Shown: positions 35,250 to 48,806, numbered from the stretch's first letter. The stretch: 64,000 nt of DNA from Felis catus (GCF_018350175.1 NC_058382.1:42532001-42596000), one strand, 5' to 3'. Program-made: numbers and translations. Notes: generated from the sequence alone by a model not told the origin.

Positions 35250-38200
35250 CTTAACTGAGCAGATGAGGAATCTGAGGGTGAATGGCTAGCCCAAGCAAAG
35301 CCCCAGAGCAAGTCTGTGAGTCCGGGAGAGCCTCCCTCGGGGAACTGGTCTGGTCTGGAGAAGAGTGGTAGCCATGCTGAGGCAGGAGGAGAAAGTGGGA
35401 GGTAGTCATAGGGTCCATCCCACGGGCTTGCTGGGAAGGTAGTCAGAGCACTGTGTGCAAAGAGCTCAGAACAAGGCCCACAGAGTAGATGCTCAGAGAG
35501 CCAGTGTTGAGTGAGTCCATTTGCCACTCCATACCCTGTGGAGGCTGCAAACTCACTCCATGGCCCTCCGTCCTACTCTCAGGGCCTGAGGTCACTCAGC
35601 CTGAAGTGGACACCACCCTGGGCCGTGTGCGAGGCCAGCAAGTGGGCGTGAAGGGCACAGACCGCCTTGTGAATGCCTTCCTGGGCATCCCGTTTGCCAA
35701 GCCACCTCTGGGGCCTGGTCAATTCTCAGCCCCGCGCCCAGTGCAGTCCTGGGAAGGTGTGCGGGATGCCAGCACTGCCCCTGCAATGTGAGTAGCCACA
35801 GCGGAGGTGGGCAAGCAGGCAGGCTGTTGGGGGGGGGGGTGGGCCTAGATGCCAGGACCGGTGGGCTGAGCTGCTGGCCCTGGGTTCATCCTTCACCACA
35901 GGTGCCTGCAGGATCTGGAGAGAATGGACAACAGCAGATTTGTGTTGAACGGAAAGCACCAGCACTTCCCTATTTCAGAGGACTGTCTGATCCTCAACAT
36001 CTACAGCCCGGCTGAGGCCACCGTGGTGGCCAGGCGGACGGTGTACAGCCCAGGGGGCCCTGTTTGCCCATGCAGCTCTGCCCTGCCTAACCTCTCTCCA
36101 GCCCTGTTTCTGTACTGAGGGGGGTTCCCAAGAATGCCCTGGGTTGATGGCAGGGCAACTGGTGTCCCGGGAGCTGGGGGTCACCGCCCCATGGCTCCTC
36201 TGCAGGTCATGGTATGGATCCATGGGGGCGCTCTGGTGGCCGGCACCGCCACCTCCCAGGACGGGTCAGCCCTGGCCGCCTATGGGGATGTGGTAGTGGT
36301 CACGGTCCAGTACCGCCTGGGGCTCCTTGGCTTCCTCAGGTGAGGTGACTGGCTTGGTGGAGGGCACTGCTGGCACTGGGGAGAGGAGCTTGTGAGGGGA
36401 GTTGGGGAACTAGGGTGGAGGTCCAGAGCTTGAATGCAGATTTCTCAGGCAAGCAGAGTGTCAGGAGACCAAGGGCCCCTCCCCCATGCCATCTGGGGCA
36501 GAGAAGGAGGCTCCCCATTGCTCCACCTTGGAGAAGGGCTCGATCAAAGCCAGAATTATACAGAGAACTTGGTCCTTTGGACAGAAAGTGTTGGCTCCTG
36601 GTCTGGGACCAGGATCCCAGCAAGGGCTGGAGGCAGGGAGCAACAGCTCTGGCAGCCACTTGAGAACCAGCCTCAGCCGGCTGGGTCCCCCCGTACCATG
36701 TGCTGGGCACGTGCCTAGTAAGCATGCCTCATAACTAAGCCAGACTTGGTGAACGGGGGAGGGTGTGCCGTCCTAGTGGCTGATTCAGGACCAACCTGCA
36801 AGGGCTGAGGACAATCTATGAGGGGAGCCAGGCTGCGCTAACCTCTGCCCCCCTGCGCCCCACCCCCAGCACTGGAGACGAGCACGCCCCTGGCAACTGG
36901 GGCTTCCTAGATGTGGTGGCTGCTCTGCACTGGGTGCAGGGGAACATCTCCCCCTTGGGAGGTGACCCCAACTCTGTCACCATCTTTGGCGGTTCTGCCA
37001 GTGCTGCATCGTCTCTGCCCTGGTGAGTCACCTCAGGGGACTAGCAACAGTATCTCCTGCGGCCCCAGACCTCCCAGCTCTCCTGCCCTCCTCTGACAGC
37101 CATCTGTCCTCCACATTGCTTCCAGGTCCTGTCCCCGCTGGCTGCAGGGCTATTCCACAGAGCCATAGCCCAGAGTGGAGTCATCACCATTCCCGGCTTA
37201 CAGGCTTCGAACCCAAGGCTCCTGGCTCAAGTCTGCCTCTCTTTCATCCTCTTACCCCACATGTACCTACCACACCCCCACCCTGCACTTGCCCTGATGT
37301 CCCAGAATGGATGTCCCTGGCAGGGAGCCCCTTGTTAGCAGAGACGAAGGAAGCACACTGCCTACGGAAGCTCAGAGAAAAGCACCAGTGCCACCTGGGC
37401 ACAAAATGATTCGGGGACCTGCACCTCCAGCCTCACTTCCTGCTGACTCCCCAACCCTGCTCAGGCCTCAGCACCCACTATCATCCCCTCCCTGCCACAC
37501 TGGCCATGCTGGAATCCCTCCTCTCTGAACCCTATCTCATTTCCATATTCACTCTGGCAAAACTTTCCTGACCCCACTGGGTCTGGAAATATAGTTAACT
37601 AGTTAATGACACTGTTCTCAGATTGGCAAGGAGGACTCAGCTACCCACACAAATAATGACAGTATGATGTAATGGGGGACACACAAGGTGCCTGGGGACC
37701 ACCCAAGCTGGTGGCTTGGTGGCAGTTCTCTGGTCAGTCCCAAGTTCCCATCTCTGACATCACTGTCCCATCTTCCCTACAGATGTACCTCTTCTCTATG
37801 GGAGGCAGAGGGCTGGGGGTGAGGGGTGAGGGGTGAGGAGGGAGGGAGAGGCAAGACTTTTATCTGTCCCCAGAGCTTCGCGGACTCCATGGCCTGCAGC
37901 TCTACCTCCTCAGCTGAGATGTTGCAGTGCCTTCGGGAGAAGGCAAACAAGGAGCAGATCCTTAACATGAAGTTGGTATGCCTACCTCTTGGGGGACAGT
38001 GGCAGGCAATAGCACAGAGGGGTCCTGTCCAGCTTCTGTGAGAGCCGAGAGGCAATCAGCAGTCTGGGGTGAGGCTTGGGGCAGCCACCCCTGATGGGAA
38101 GGGGCTGAGGGCCCAACTTGGCCTGGGGGGTGTGAATGCAGAGGCACCCCTGCCCCGAGGGCAGGCCCTGTCTTCCAGGGAAGAGGCCTGCTTAGAAGGT

Positions 38201-41173
38201 CTCCCTATTCCCCCTGGGTCCTCTAACCCTGGTGACTTCTACCCCCTCTAAATAAGGCTCAGGCATGCAGCCATGCGACCCCTGGGATGCCATCTTTTAA
38301 GGCATGGGCCTGACTGGGAAGACCCCTGCCTTGCTTTCTCCTGCAGAACACTACAGCTACCTACACCATTGATGGCACCTTCTTTCCCAAGAGCCCCAGG
38401 GAGCTCTTGAGGGAGAGGCAGTTCCATTCTGTGCCCTTCCTCCTGGGTGTCAACAATCACGAGTTTGGCTGGCTTATCCCCAAGGTGAGTGTCCTCTGGC
38501 TCCTGTGTCCTTCAAGGCCCTATCCCAGCCAATCCTCTGCTACCCTGTCATTACCACAGCCTGTGAGGTGACACTCCCACTTGATAGGTGAGAAAGCAAA
38601 GCTCAGAGAGGTTTAAGGGACTTGCTCCAGGTTATGCAGATTAATTTTCCCAAAGCAAATGTTTCCTTCTGGGGACCAAGCTTTTGCACAAAGTGGCCTT
38701 CTGGGCAGTACTGATTTGCAGCATATTTGGCTTGGGGTCCGGTTTATACATCAAGCTCTATGAGACTGGTGAGTATGACTGTGTCTGAGAGACTAATTAC
38801 CTGAGACTTTCAGGTTTCAAACAACAGCAAGCCAGTGAGGAACAGCATGGCCCATGTGCCTTCCAGTCCCTTCCAGGTGTACAGGACTCCCCACACAGAG
38901 CGTTAACATCATGCTTTCCTTCTGGGCATCCTCCCTATCATTCTTCTGCCCATCTTCACAGTGATTGACTTTAATGACTGCCTTCCACAAGGGAATCATA
39001 ATAGTCCTTAATTTCTACACTTGGGCACTTTCTAGTTTTACGACTGAAGCTAAGAGGGCGGTGAACATTTTCATGTCCAGAGCTTTTGTCCTTTTATTTA
39101 TTCCTTTGGAATTGATCCCCAGGAGGGGGGCATTTGGATGTTTGCTGGATGACAGGCTCATGCAATCTTGACACTCAAGGACAAAGCTTGTAGGCCAGAC
39201 GTGTGTGCATGTGCGTGTGCGTGTGCGTGTGTGTAATGACTGATGAGTGTTAAGAGGAAACAGTACCCTGGACTCTAGCAGGCAGCCTTGGCCCCACATG
39301 GTCTACTTAGAGTCATGAGTGGAAGAGTGAGAAAGAGCCAAAGGCTGGCTCCCAAGACCTGGACAAGCCTGCCTGGAGCAGAATGCTGTGCCCGGGACTT
39401 TGTAGGCAGGATGTGTCTCAGGATTTGGGTAGCTCAGGGGGCTGTTCACCTCCTTGCTGGTGCAGAAATTCTCTTCAGTCCCCTTGTCATCCATGTGGAC
39501 CCAACTATAGTTTTTTTCAGCCAACCAGATGTTTACTAAATGTCCATGGTGTAAGCTTTGACCATGGAAAGCAATTCATACATTTTCTGGACATCTCTCC
39601 ACCTCTAATGTATTGCCACTGGCCGAGCACTTTGTGAAATTGCTACTATGCCAATTTAAACTGCTGCCAGTGACTAAAGTCTCCCAAGTTTTATTGCAAC
39701 TTTACCAGCTTTGCAGATGATAATTTTTTAAATACCAACTTTATTGAGATGTAATTTACATACCATAAAATTTACCCTTTAAAAAAGTGTGTAATTCAGT
39801 GGGTTTTAGTACATCCACGAAGTCATGCAACCATCACACTATCTTATTCCAGAACATTTGCATCCCCCTAAAATTCAGCCCATACCTGTTTGCAGTCACT
39901 TTGCATCTCTCCTCCCCAGGCCCTGGCAGCCACTAATGTACTCTCTATCAAATCTGTGAATTTGCCTATTCTATACATTTCAAATAAGTAGAATCCTACA
40001 ATTTTTTTTTTTTTTTGGTGTCTGACCTCTTTCACCTAAAATGATGTTTTCAAGTTTCATCCATCTTGTATCTCATGTTAGTATTCATTCTTTTTTATGA
40101 CTAAATAGGCCCTTGTGTGGATACAGCACGTTTTGTTTATCCATTCATCAGTTGATAGGCATTTGGGTCATTTCTACCTTTTTGGCTATTATGGATAATC
40201 CTACTATGAACATTCATGTACAAGTTTTTATGCAATTATAGGTTTTAATTTCTCTTGGTTATATACCTAGAAGTGGAATTGCTGGGTCCCATAGTAACTC
40301 TGTTTAATCGTTTGAGGAATTGCCTGTTTTCCAAAGTGTCTGTACCATTTCACATTCCCCCCCAGCAATGTAGGAGGATTTCGGTTAGTCCACATCCTCA
40401 ACAACACTCACTAGCTCTCGTTTTGATTATAGTCATCCTAGTGGGCGTGAAGTGGTATCTCGTTGTGGTTTTGATTTGCATTTCCCTAATGACTTACCAT
40501 GTTGAGTATCTTTTTATGTGATGATTGGCCATTTTTGTATCTTCTTTGGAAAAATGTCTATTAAAATCTTTTGCCCATTTTTAAATTGGATTATCTTTTT
40601 ATCATTGAGTTGTAAGAGTTTCTCATATAGTCTAGATACAAGTCCCTGTCAGATGTATGATTTGTAAATCTTGTTTCCCATGCCGTGGGTTGTCTTTTCA
40701 CTTTGTTACGGTGTTCTTAACAACACAAAAAACTTAACATTTTGATGAAGTCCAATTTTTTTTCTCTTTTGTTGCTTGTCCTTTGGGAGTAATATCTAAG
40801 AATTGATTGCTTAGTCAGATTTACCTCTACGTTTTCTCGAAGAATTTTATAGTTTTAGCTCTTATGTTTAGGTTTATGATTCATTTGAAGTTAAAACTGT
40901 GCATATGGTGTGACTGAGGGATTTTCTGTATGTGGTTATCCAGCTGTTCCCGAATCAGTTGTTGAAACACTTTTTTTTTCCTTATTGAACTGTCTTGATA
41001 CGGTTCCTGAAAATCATTGGCCATAAACTTAAGGGTTTATCTCTGGACTCTCAGTTCTATTTGGTTAATTATATGTCTATCCTTATGCCAGTACCACACC
41101 ATACTGATTAGTTTTGTACTAAGTTTTGAAATGGAGAAGTGTGAATCCTCCACCTTTGTTCTTTGTTCTTCAA

Positions 41174-41307
41174 NNNNNNNNNNNNNNNNNNNNNNNNNNN
41201 NNNNNNNNNNNNNNNNNNNNNNNNNNNNNNNNNNNNNNNNNNNNNNNNNNNNNNNNNNNNNNNNNNNNNNNNNNNNNNNNNNNNNNNNNNNNNNNNNNNN
41301 NNNNNNN
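41174..41307. other. Assembly gap
   Basis: N run. Confidence 1.
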
Positions 41308-41334
41308 AGTCCTGTGAGAGAGAGTCCACACTTC

Positions 41335-41610
41335 TCTACTATTTTCTGGTTGCATCAGGCGTTCCGTGGCATTCTCCCTCTGTCTTCACATTGTCTTCCC
41401 TCTGGGCCATCTGTCTCTGTGTCCGAATTGCCCCTTTTCACAAGGACATTAGTCATATTGAACTAGGGCCCACCCTAATGATTACCTTTGCAATCGTCTT
41501 AACTTGACTACCTCTCTAAAGGCCTCATCTTTAAATAAGGTCACATTCTGAAGTACTGGGGGTTATGCCTGTGCATATCTTTTTGTGAAGATACAAATCA
41601 ATCCCTAACA
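41335..41610. mobile_element. MaLR (MLT1-like) LTR fragment
   Basis: ctctgtcttcaca...aaggaca..agtcatattg.a.tagggcccaccctaatga...aaataaggtcacattctga.gtactgggggtta...taaca. Confidence 0.75.
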
Positions 41611-43952
41611 GTTGTTCTGGTTATTCCAGGTCCCTTACATTTCCATATGAATTCTGATCAGCTTATAAATTTCTGCAAAAAAAAAAAAAAAAAAAAAAAG
41701 TGGCTGAGATTTTGGTAGGGATCATGCTGAATCTATAGACCAGTTTAGGAAGTATTGCCATCTTAACAAGATGAAGTCTTCCAACCCATGAACATAGGAT
41801 GTCTTTCCATTTACTTAGGTCCTCTTTAGTTTCTCTCAATTATTCTTTAGTTTCTCTAGTTTTTAATGTACAAGGTTCATACTCTGTTAATGAAGTTGAT
41901 TCCTAAGGGTTTTATTTTTCGATGCTCTTGTAAATTAAATTGTTTTCTTCACATCACCTTCAGACTGTTCATTGCCGCTGTATAGAAACACAACTGATTT
42001 TTGTCTATTGTTCTTATAAACTATCATTTTAAAGAACTTTGCTCCTTTAGCTTTTTTAGTTTAGTCCTTTAATGTTTAGTGCACATTAACATCCCCCTGT
42101 GGGTATGCACTCTTTGTGTTTGCTCATCCATGAGTTTTCTGTTCCTGTTTTCACAATGATTAACCAAGAGCCCTACAGCCATGAAACTAACTTTAATAGC
42201 GAACACTTTACAGTGCTTACTGTATGTCAGGGTCTTCATAGTTACTACTCCGATCTTCATAACAATCCTATGAGGCAGGTTATTGCCATTCCTCTTTCAC
42301 AGATTAAGAAACTGAGACACCAAGAGTTTAAGCAATGGGCCCAGGTCACGGATCTAGCAAGTGGCAGAGCTGAGATTTGAACCCAAAGACTGTGCCCTTA
42401 AAAACCTAACATATAAAGCCAACATTTCACTTTAAAAACAACATTTTAACTTTCCCTGTAGGCCTTGCTAAGCACCCGGGGGTCTTGATCTTATTCTGTG
42501 AAAATGTTGAATACATTTTGGGACTGCTATGACCCATGTGCTTGTTGTATTTGGCGCTGTTTCCTCCCTCCTCGATTTGAGGTTTATATTTTCGGGTCTA
42601 TGGACTTGTGGGCTTCAACACACTTGGCTCTGTTCACAGGACTGTGAACACTCGCCTGCTCATAGCTGGGAGTAGGGGGTGGGCAGTAATCAGGCTATGC
42701 TGAGAAGACCCTGATGTCCCCACAGGGCTGAGGTTTCCTGGGTAAGATGGGGAAGATGAGCCTGGAGGATATGCTGGCCATATTAAGACCCCACTTGACC
42801 ATTCTGGTAAGTCAACAAGGGAGGAAGAGGTAGTCCAGTGGGTATCCTATCCAGAATAGTAGGGCACCCTCTTCCTCCTACCCTTCAACCCCCACAGCTA
42901 CCCACACACCACCAAACCCCTTGGTCCAACTGCTGACTTTTAGTTCCACCTAGAAATCCCCTTGGACATGAGTCAGTTGGATCTGGAGTCCAATCCAAGC
43001 CCTGGCTACCTGTCCTCAGTGAGCCTAATCCTTTTGAGCCCATTTCCTCCCCTGTAAATGGGGATATACCTCCCATATGAGGAAACTGGATGCTGTATTT
43101 GAAAACTCTACTAGGGAGCTGGTATTGAAAGATGCTCAATCTATGCATATTTCCCTCCCTTCTTTGCCCCCCCCCCCCCCGAGCCCTCTCCATTCATACA
43201 ACATCATCACTATTCTCTGGAGCTCTGTGGAGCCCCCATGATTTGTTCTTTTACCAACTTCCTGGTTAACTTCAACCAGGCAACTGCTCAAGATCAGAAC
43301 CCTTAGCTGGGAACTTCACATAGGCTGCCAAACAACACTGCCAGGCAGGAACTGACTTTCTGGGAGGCTCAGCAACCTATCTGAGATCACACAGCAAAGC
43401 AGCAATCGCAGAGCTAGGATTTGACTCCAGGTCTGGCCTTACCCTGCCTAGACATTATCTAGAACCCCCAAGGGAGGCAAGGGCTGGGCCCTGGCACACG
43501 AGCCCTGGAATATGAAGAGGCTGTGCTGGAGGGTGTGAGGCTTCTTTGGAGGGTCTGCTGGGCTGTGGGACCTGAGCATGCCTAAGCCTGGCTTCCTGCC
43601 CCAGGATATACCCCCTGAGGTGATGCCCACCATCATAGATGAATACCTAGGCGGCAGTTTCGACGCAGAAGCCAGACGTAATGCCATCCAGGAATTTTGG
43701 GCTGACCTTATCGTTATCTTTCCCACCTTGAATTTCTCAAGAAACCTCTGAGGTGAGCCTATCCCTGTTCACCTGCCCTACCCTTCCCATTTTGTCCCAG
43801 GAGTTGGGTTATCATAGGCATCATGGCCCCACACCCTGCTGCTACCCCCACACCTCGCTTTCTCTCTGAGATACAGTGTTAACAGTAATGAGAGGTGACT
43901 CTGGCAGGTCACCCTGCAGGGGAGAAAACCAAGGCTCAGAGATGTGCAGTAG

Positions 43953-44190
43953 AGATTTGAAGGTGATCTGGCTGTGACATCTGTCACCTCATTGATCGCC
44001 AGGATTGATTCAGCTGATCTGACTGGCTAGGTGGGTGTCCCCTTCCTCCCTCATCGCTGCATTGTGTCCTTCCCAAAGCTGCACTATCAGTCAAGGATGA
44101 CCTTCCCCAATAGAGGAAGACCATTCATTCTTCAGTCAAGGGAATATGAGTAGCTGCGCTCTCCTGCTAGAACCTCCAAACAAGCTCTCA
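43953..44190 (+). pseudogene. RN7SK: 3'-truncated 7SK snRNA retrocopy
   Basis: gatctggctgtgacatctgtcacc...gattcagctgatctgactggctagg...gagtagctgcgctc.cctgctagaacctccaaacaagctctca matches 7SK nt ~1-240. Flanked by an imperfect direct repeat agaga(t/g)g(t/c)gcagt. Confidence 0.93.
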
Positions 44191-46824
44191 GAGAGGCGCA
44201 GTGACTTGTCTAAGGTCACCCAGCAGGGCCCATCCCCAATTCTCAGGCATTCATTGATTTTTCCCACATTCAGCACTTCTCCTGGGAGAAAAGTCTTGCT
44301 TCCTCCAAGCCTAGTGGCTAGTCCCTGACACAGCCCTAGAATAGCACCAAGTTCCTATCTTTGTGACCTTAGGCAAGATACCTAACCCCTCTGTGCCTCA
44401 GTTTCCTCATTTGCAAAATGGCAACAATAATAGACTCTAACCCATAGGTTGTTGTGAGGATGAAATTAATGATTGCACATAAAGCACATGGAATGGTGCA
44501 CAATGGCCAGCAAGTGCTCAGTAAATGCTTGCTGATAATTATGGTGTCATCATCAGTATTGTTACTGGTGTTGGTGTTATTGGTGTTATTATGAGCCAGT
44601 CCTGTTAGAGGTAGGACCTGGTCAGGCTGAGGGTACCTAACTCTGATGCCACCCTCTCTCCGCAGATTCTGGAGCTCCCGTCTTTTTCTATGAGTTCCAG
44701 CATCGACCCAGTTCTTTTGCGAAGATCAAACCAGACTGGGTGAGGGCTGACCATGGGGCTGAGATTGCCTTCATATTCGGGGGTCCTTTCCTCATGGATG
44801 AGAACTCCCTGCTGGGTGAGGACAGATAGACATCGATCCCTGGGCTGTAGGCTCCACAGGCTAGGGTGGGGCTTGCAGGCACAGAGGTCTCCAGTCAGCA
44901 CAGGGAACCCTTGGGTTCTCTCCAAGACCCACCTGACCTTGATCTAGGTCTGTTCCTCCCCTAGCCTTTCCAGAAGCTACACAGGAGGAGAAGCAGCTGA
45001 GCCTCACCATGATGGCCCAGTGGACCCAATTTGCCCGGACAGGGTGAGTGAGCAAGTGGGAACACCTGGCTTTGGGCCTCTACTAAGCAGATCTTCCCCC
45101 AGGGGATAAAGCAGGCGGCCCTGGACTTCATTCATTTTTCCTACCCAGGGACCCCATTCAAGCAGTTGGAGCAATACCTGGAGATCAGCCCGACACCACG
45201 AGTTGGCCAGAAGCTAAGAGAAGCCCAAATGCAGTTCTGGGCAGAGATACTTTCTGCCAACTTCCGGCAGTGGCAGCAGAAGCAGAAGGGCAGGAAGGCC
45301 CAGGAGGAGCTCTGAGGCAGGGCATGGGCCTTCTTGGCTGGAGGCTAACCCTAGGGGTGGCAGAGTCCCAGCAAAACAGCTTCTTTCTCCCCCTGCTAAG
45401 AAACTTTAACTTAAACCAAACTGATGTATGGACATGTCCCTTAAGGAATCAGCCCCTCCATGACTGGCATTGTGCTGTTGAAATGTCACCTGCTTCCCAC
45501 TTTAAGGGCCTCTGTACAAACTCCTCCCTCTTCTTTCCCCCTTGCTTCCTAGCAAGTTCCAGCTCTTTCCTTAAGCTCCCTCCTCCATGAAGCTTTCCCT
45601 GCCTTCTCTAGGCCCAAGTGTATGTCCGTTACAGCATAGCCCACTCCAGGCTAGCACTGTCTGTATCTGTGTCTCTTTCCCTTCTCTGAGAGTAGAAATC
45701 AACCTGACCCCACTCTGTATCTTCCCCACAAGGATCAGGAGGACTTGGAGTCAGGGATGTTTGATGAGCGAGTAAAAGACTGAGTGTGTGAATGGTGGCT
45801 GCTGGATGTGAACCCAGGCTCTTCAGCCACCAAAGCTATGCTCAGGCCTACACAGATGTGCCCCTTGGCCAGAAGGGTGAACGGACTCCAAAGGCAGTCC
45901 TGGGGTAGGAGGAAGTCCTGAGACCTCAAAGAATTCTCTAGAATGGATCTCAGCCCCCAAAGGCCTCTAACTCAGGCTAAAGGAGATCCTTTTCTCTGTG
46001 CTGCCCAGACTTGTTCCCCTGCTCCCCTGCACAAGACACAGCAGAATCCAGCAGGGCCAGAGCCCTGACTCTTAGCCTATGAGATGTCAGCTTCCCAGTC
46101 CTAGTGCTTCAATGCTTTATGGCCTGCTAGGCTCCTCCCTGCCCTCCCAGCTTGGGGAGACCAACTTCTGGGGGAACTGAGCACAGCTCCACAGCACCTA
46201 CTAGGACACAGGAGAAGAGATTGGGGAGGGTGTCTGACTAGTGCATCAGTCAGACTATTGTCACAGAGAAAAGAAGAGGCCTACCCACTCAGGCCACAAC
46301 AAGTGAAGAGGAGCCAGAGGCTTTTGAGGCAAACATTTCTTCTTTTTGAGAATCAATGCACCACTCCCTTGGGGCATCTGGATTTTAATACATGCCACAA
46401 GGACTTTCTTTCCCTGCCCCCACTATCTCATCCTACAGGTCTAATCCCACATATACCCTTCCTCCATCAGACTCAGTTCCTGGCTGCTGAGGGTTACATG
46501 AAAGCACTTGCAATTGGGACCAGTGCTGTTCAGGGAAGTCCTTTTTGGGCAAGGAGGAGACACATAAAGCCAGAGGGACACTAAGTCATACCACTCCCCT
46601 GCTCAAGAGCTCCCTGTGATTCTCTGTCACCCTTAGGGCAAGTCCAAGTTCTTCACACGGCATTGAAAGCCTTCTGTTCTCATCCCCCTTCTCCACCAGG
46701 GAAGTATGTCCCCACAAGCCAGTAGAGAGCCTGACAAGTACATAAGCCCCAATCACAGTGTGCCACTAGGGACACAGAGGGCTGTAGGAGCACAGCATAG
46801 TCCAGCCCTGACATGTGCCCTCTC

Positions 46825-46825
<1 letters not shown>

Positions 46826-46863
<38 letters not shown>

Positions 46864-46884
46864 ATGTATAAATAAATAAATAAA
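46826..46884. repeat. (TAAA)n tract, probably a SINE tail remnant
   Basis: About 14 TAAA units. Confidence 0.85.
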
Positions 46885-46940
46885 CCTTAAAAAAATAAAG
46901 GGTAAAATTAAGTGATTTTTTTTGTATCTAACTACTTTCT

Positions 46941-47261
46941 NNNNNNNNNNNNNNNNNNNNNNNNNNNNNNNNNNNNNNNNNNNNNNNNNNNNNNNNNNNN
47001 NNNNNNNNNNNNNNNNNNNNNNNNNNNNNNNNNNNNNNNNNNNNNNNNNNNNNNNNNNNNNNNNNNNNNNNNNNNNNNNNNNNNNNNNNNNNNNNNNNCA
47101 TNNNNNNNNNNNNNNNNNNNNNNNNNNNNNNNNNNNNNNNNNNNNNNNNNNNNNNNNNNNNNNNNNNNNNNNNNNNNNNNNNNNNNNNNNNNNNNNNNNN
47201 NNNNNNNNNNNNNNNNNNNNNNNNNNNNNNNNNNNNNNNNNNNNNNNNNNNNNNNNNNNNN
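46941..47261. other. Assembly gap (with a 3-bp island)
   Basis: N run. Confidence 1.
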
Positions 47262-48212
47262 GAGGAGTAAAATTACTAAGTTATATGGTAACTCTTATAG
47301 TTAATCATTTGAGGAACTGTCAGACTGTTTTCCAAAGTGGCTGCCCCATTTCACATCGTGACCAGAAGTCTACGAGGATTTAGATTTCCCTACATTATCT
47401 GACTTTTTTATTCCAGATGCCCTAGTGGGTATGAAGTGGCATCTAATGTTGTTCTGATTTGCATTTCCCTGATGGCTAATGATGTTGAAGATCTTTTCAT
47501 ATATTTATTAACCTTTCAAATATATTCCTTGGAAAGATATCTTTGTATCCTTTGCCCGTTTTTTAATTGGGTTGTTTGTCTTTTTGTTAAATTGTAAGAT
47601 CCTTTATATATTCCAAATGTAAGTCCCTTAACAGCAACTTGTATATGATTTGCAAATATTCTCTCCCATTCCATGGGTTGTCTTCATTTTCTTTATTTTT
47701 TGCATGGAGCTATCCAGTCGTCTAACACCGTTTGTTGAAAAGACTGTTCTTCCCACCACTGAATGGTCTTGGCACCCTTGTCGAAAATCAACCAAGCATA
47801 GATACGATGGATTTATGGACGGACTCTTAATTCTGTTCCATTATTTTATATGTTTGGCTTATGCCAACACCTACCACCCTCTCTTGATTACCATTTGTAG
47901 TAAGTTTTGAAATAGGAAACTAGGAGTCCTCCTACTTTATCCTTGTTCATGCTTGTTTTGGCTATGCCGGGTCCCTTGCAATTCCATACAAATTTTAGAA
48001 TCCAGCTGCCAATTTCTACCAAGAAGTCAGCTGAGATTCTTATAGGGATGGCATTGAATCTGCAGATCAGTTTGGGGAGTGTTACTTTACCAACTTAACA
48101 ATATTAAGTCCTTTCACACAAACATGGGGTGTCTTCCTATTTGTTTACATCTACTTTAATTTATTACAAAATGTTTTGTAGTTTTTAGAGTATAAGTTTT
48201 GGACTTCTTTTG
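47262..48212 (-). mobile_element. L1 fragment
   Basis: ttgaggaactgtcagactgttttccaaagtggctg..., tagggatggcattgaatctgcagatc... Confidence 0.85.
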
Positions 48213-48806
48213 TTTGGGAGCCTCCAGTTCATGGAGGTGCCCCAGGAGTTATCAAGTCCACAGCTGAGCTGAGGCTGTGCTTTTCTGAGAAACACCTGTG
48301 AATACAGAAGTGGCCAAGTACACTGGCCAAACCCCTCTTGGGGGGTCCTATGTGTTATCCCTCATCCATGGCTTGGTGTTGCCTACCCCCACCCCTGGCA
48401 CTGGCCTCTAGGGTTCCTCAGTGCTGGCCATCTATGAACCCTTGCTAGCCAAAAGGTCCTGAAGGTTCCTTAATGGTGCCATTCTGACAGACACAAACTC
48501 TCCCTAGGTCTGTAACTACTACTTTTGATGCTGTTTGGAATAGAGAAGGTTAACTCCCCCCATTTTGATATACCCTGGTGAGGGTCATTGCTGACCTGCT
48601 TGAGCATAGGATCTCAGCTCAGTGAGAGGATTCTTCCATCGTTGCAGGTACCTTTACTGCCCCCTGTGGGTGGGATGTCATGTCAGAACCATGGTGGGTC
48701 CAGAACCATGCCCTCTAACTTCGTCCCAGGCCCAACTGCTAGGCCAGCTCCAAGAGGCTCCTCTCTCCATGACCTGAGATCAGGCCTCTAAGAACACTCC
48801 ACCCCT

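Larger units (their letters stand above)
39735..42040 (-). mobile_element. L1 (L1MA/MB-like) fragment, interrupted by a gap and a MaLR LTR
   Basis: Continuous antisense L1 3'UTR/ORF2 phrases (gtggaattgctgggtc, gtggttttgatttgcatttccctaatga, gctgaatctataga...gtattgccatcttaacaa). Confidence 0.85.
34149..45315 (+). pseudogene. CES3: Carboxylesterase 3 unitary pseudogene (13 recognisable exons)
   Basis: Exons 34149-34230, 35583-35787, 35902-36040, 36206-36339, 36870-37022, 37126-37230, 37874-37975, 38347-38484, 42726-42806, 43605-43752, 44666-44815, 44965-45043, 45149-45315; ends ...RKAQEEL*. Lesions: 1-nt deletion in exon 5, TGA at 42729-42731, TGA at 43749-43751, ~29-nt deletion in exon 13. Confidence 0.93.

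Noticed and set aside
48508-48577. AG...GT-bounded 70-nt exon-like segment
   Set aside because: No recognisable peptide, and it contains stop codons in the frame examined.
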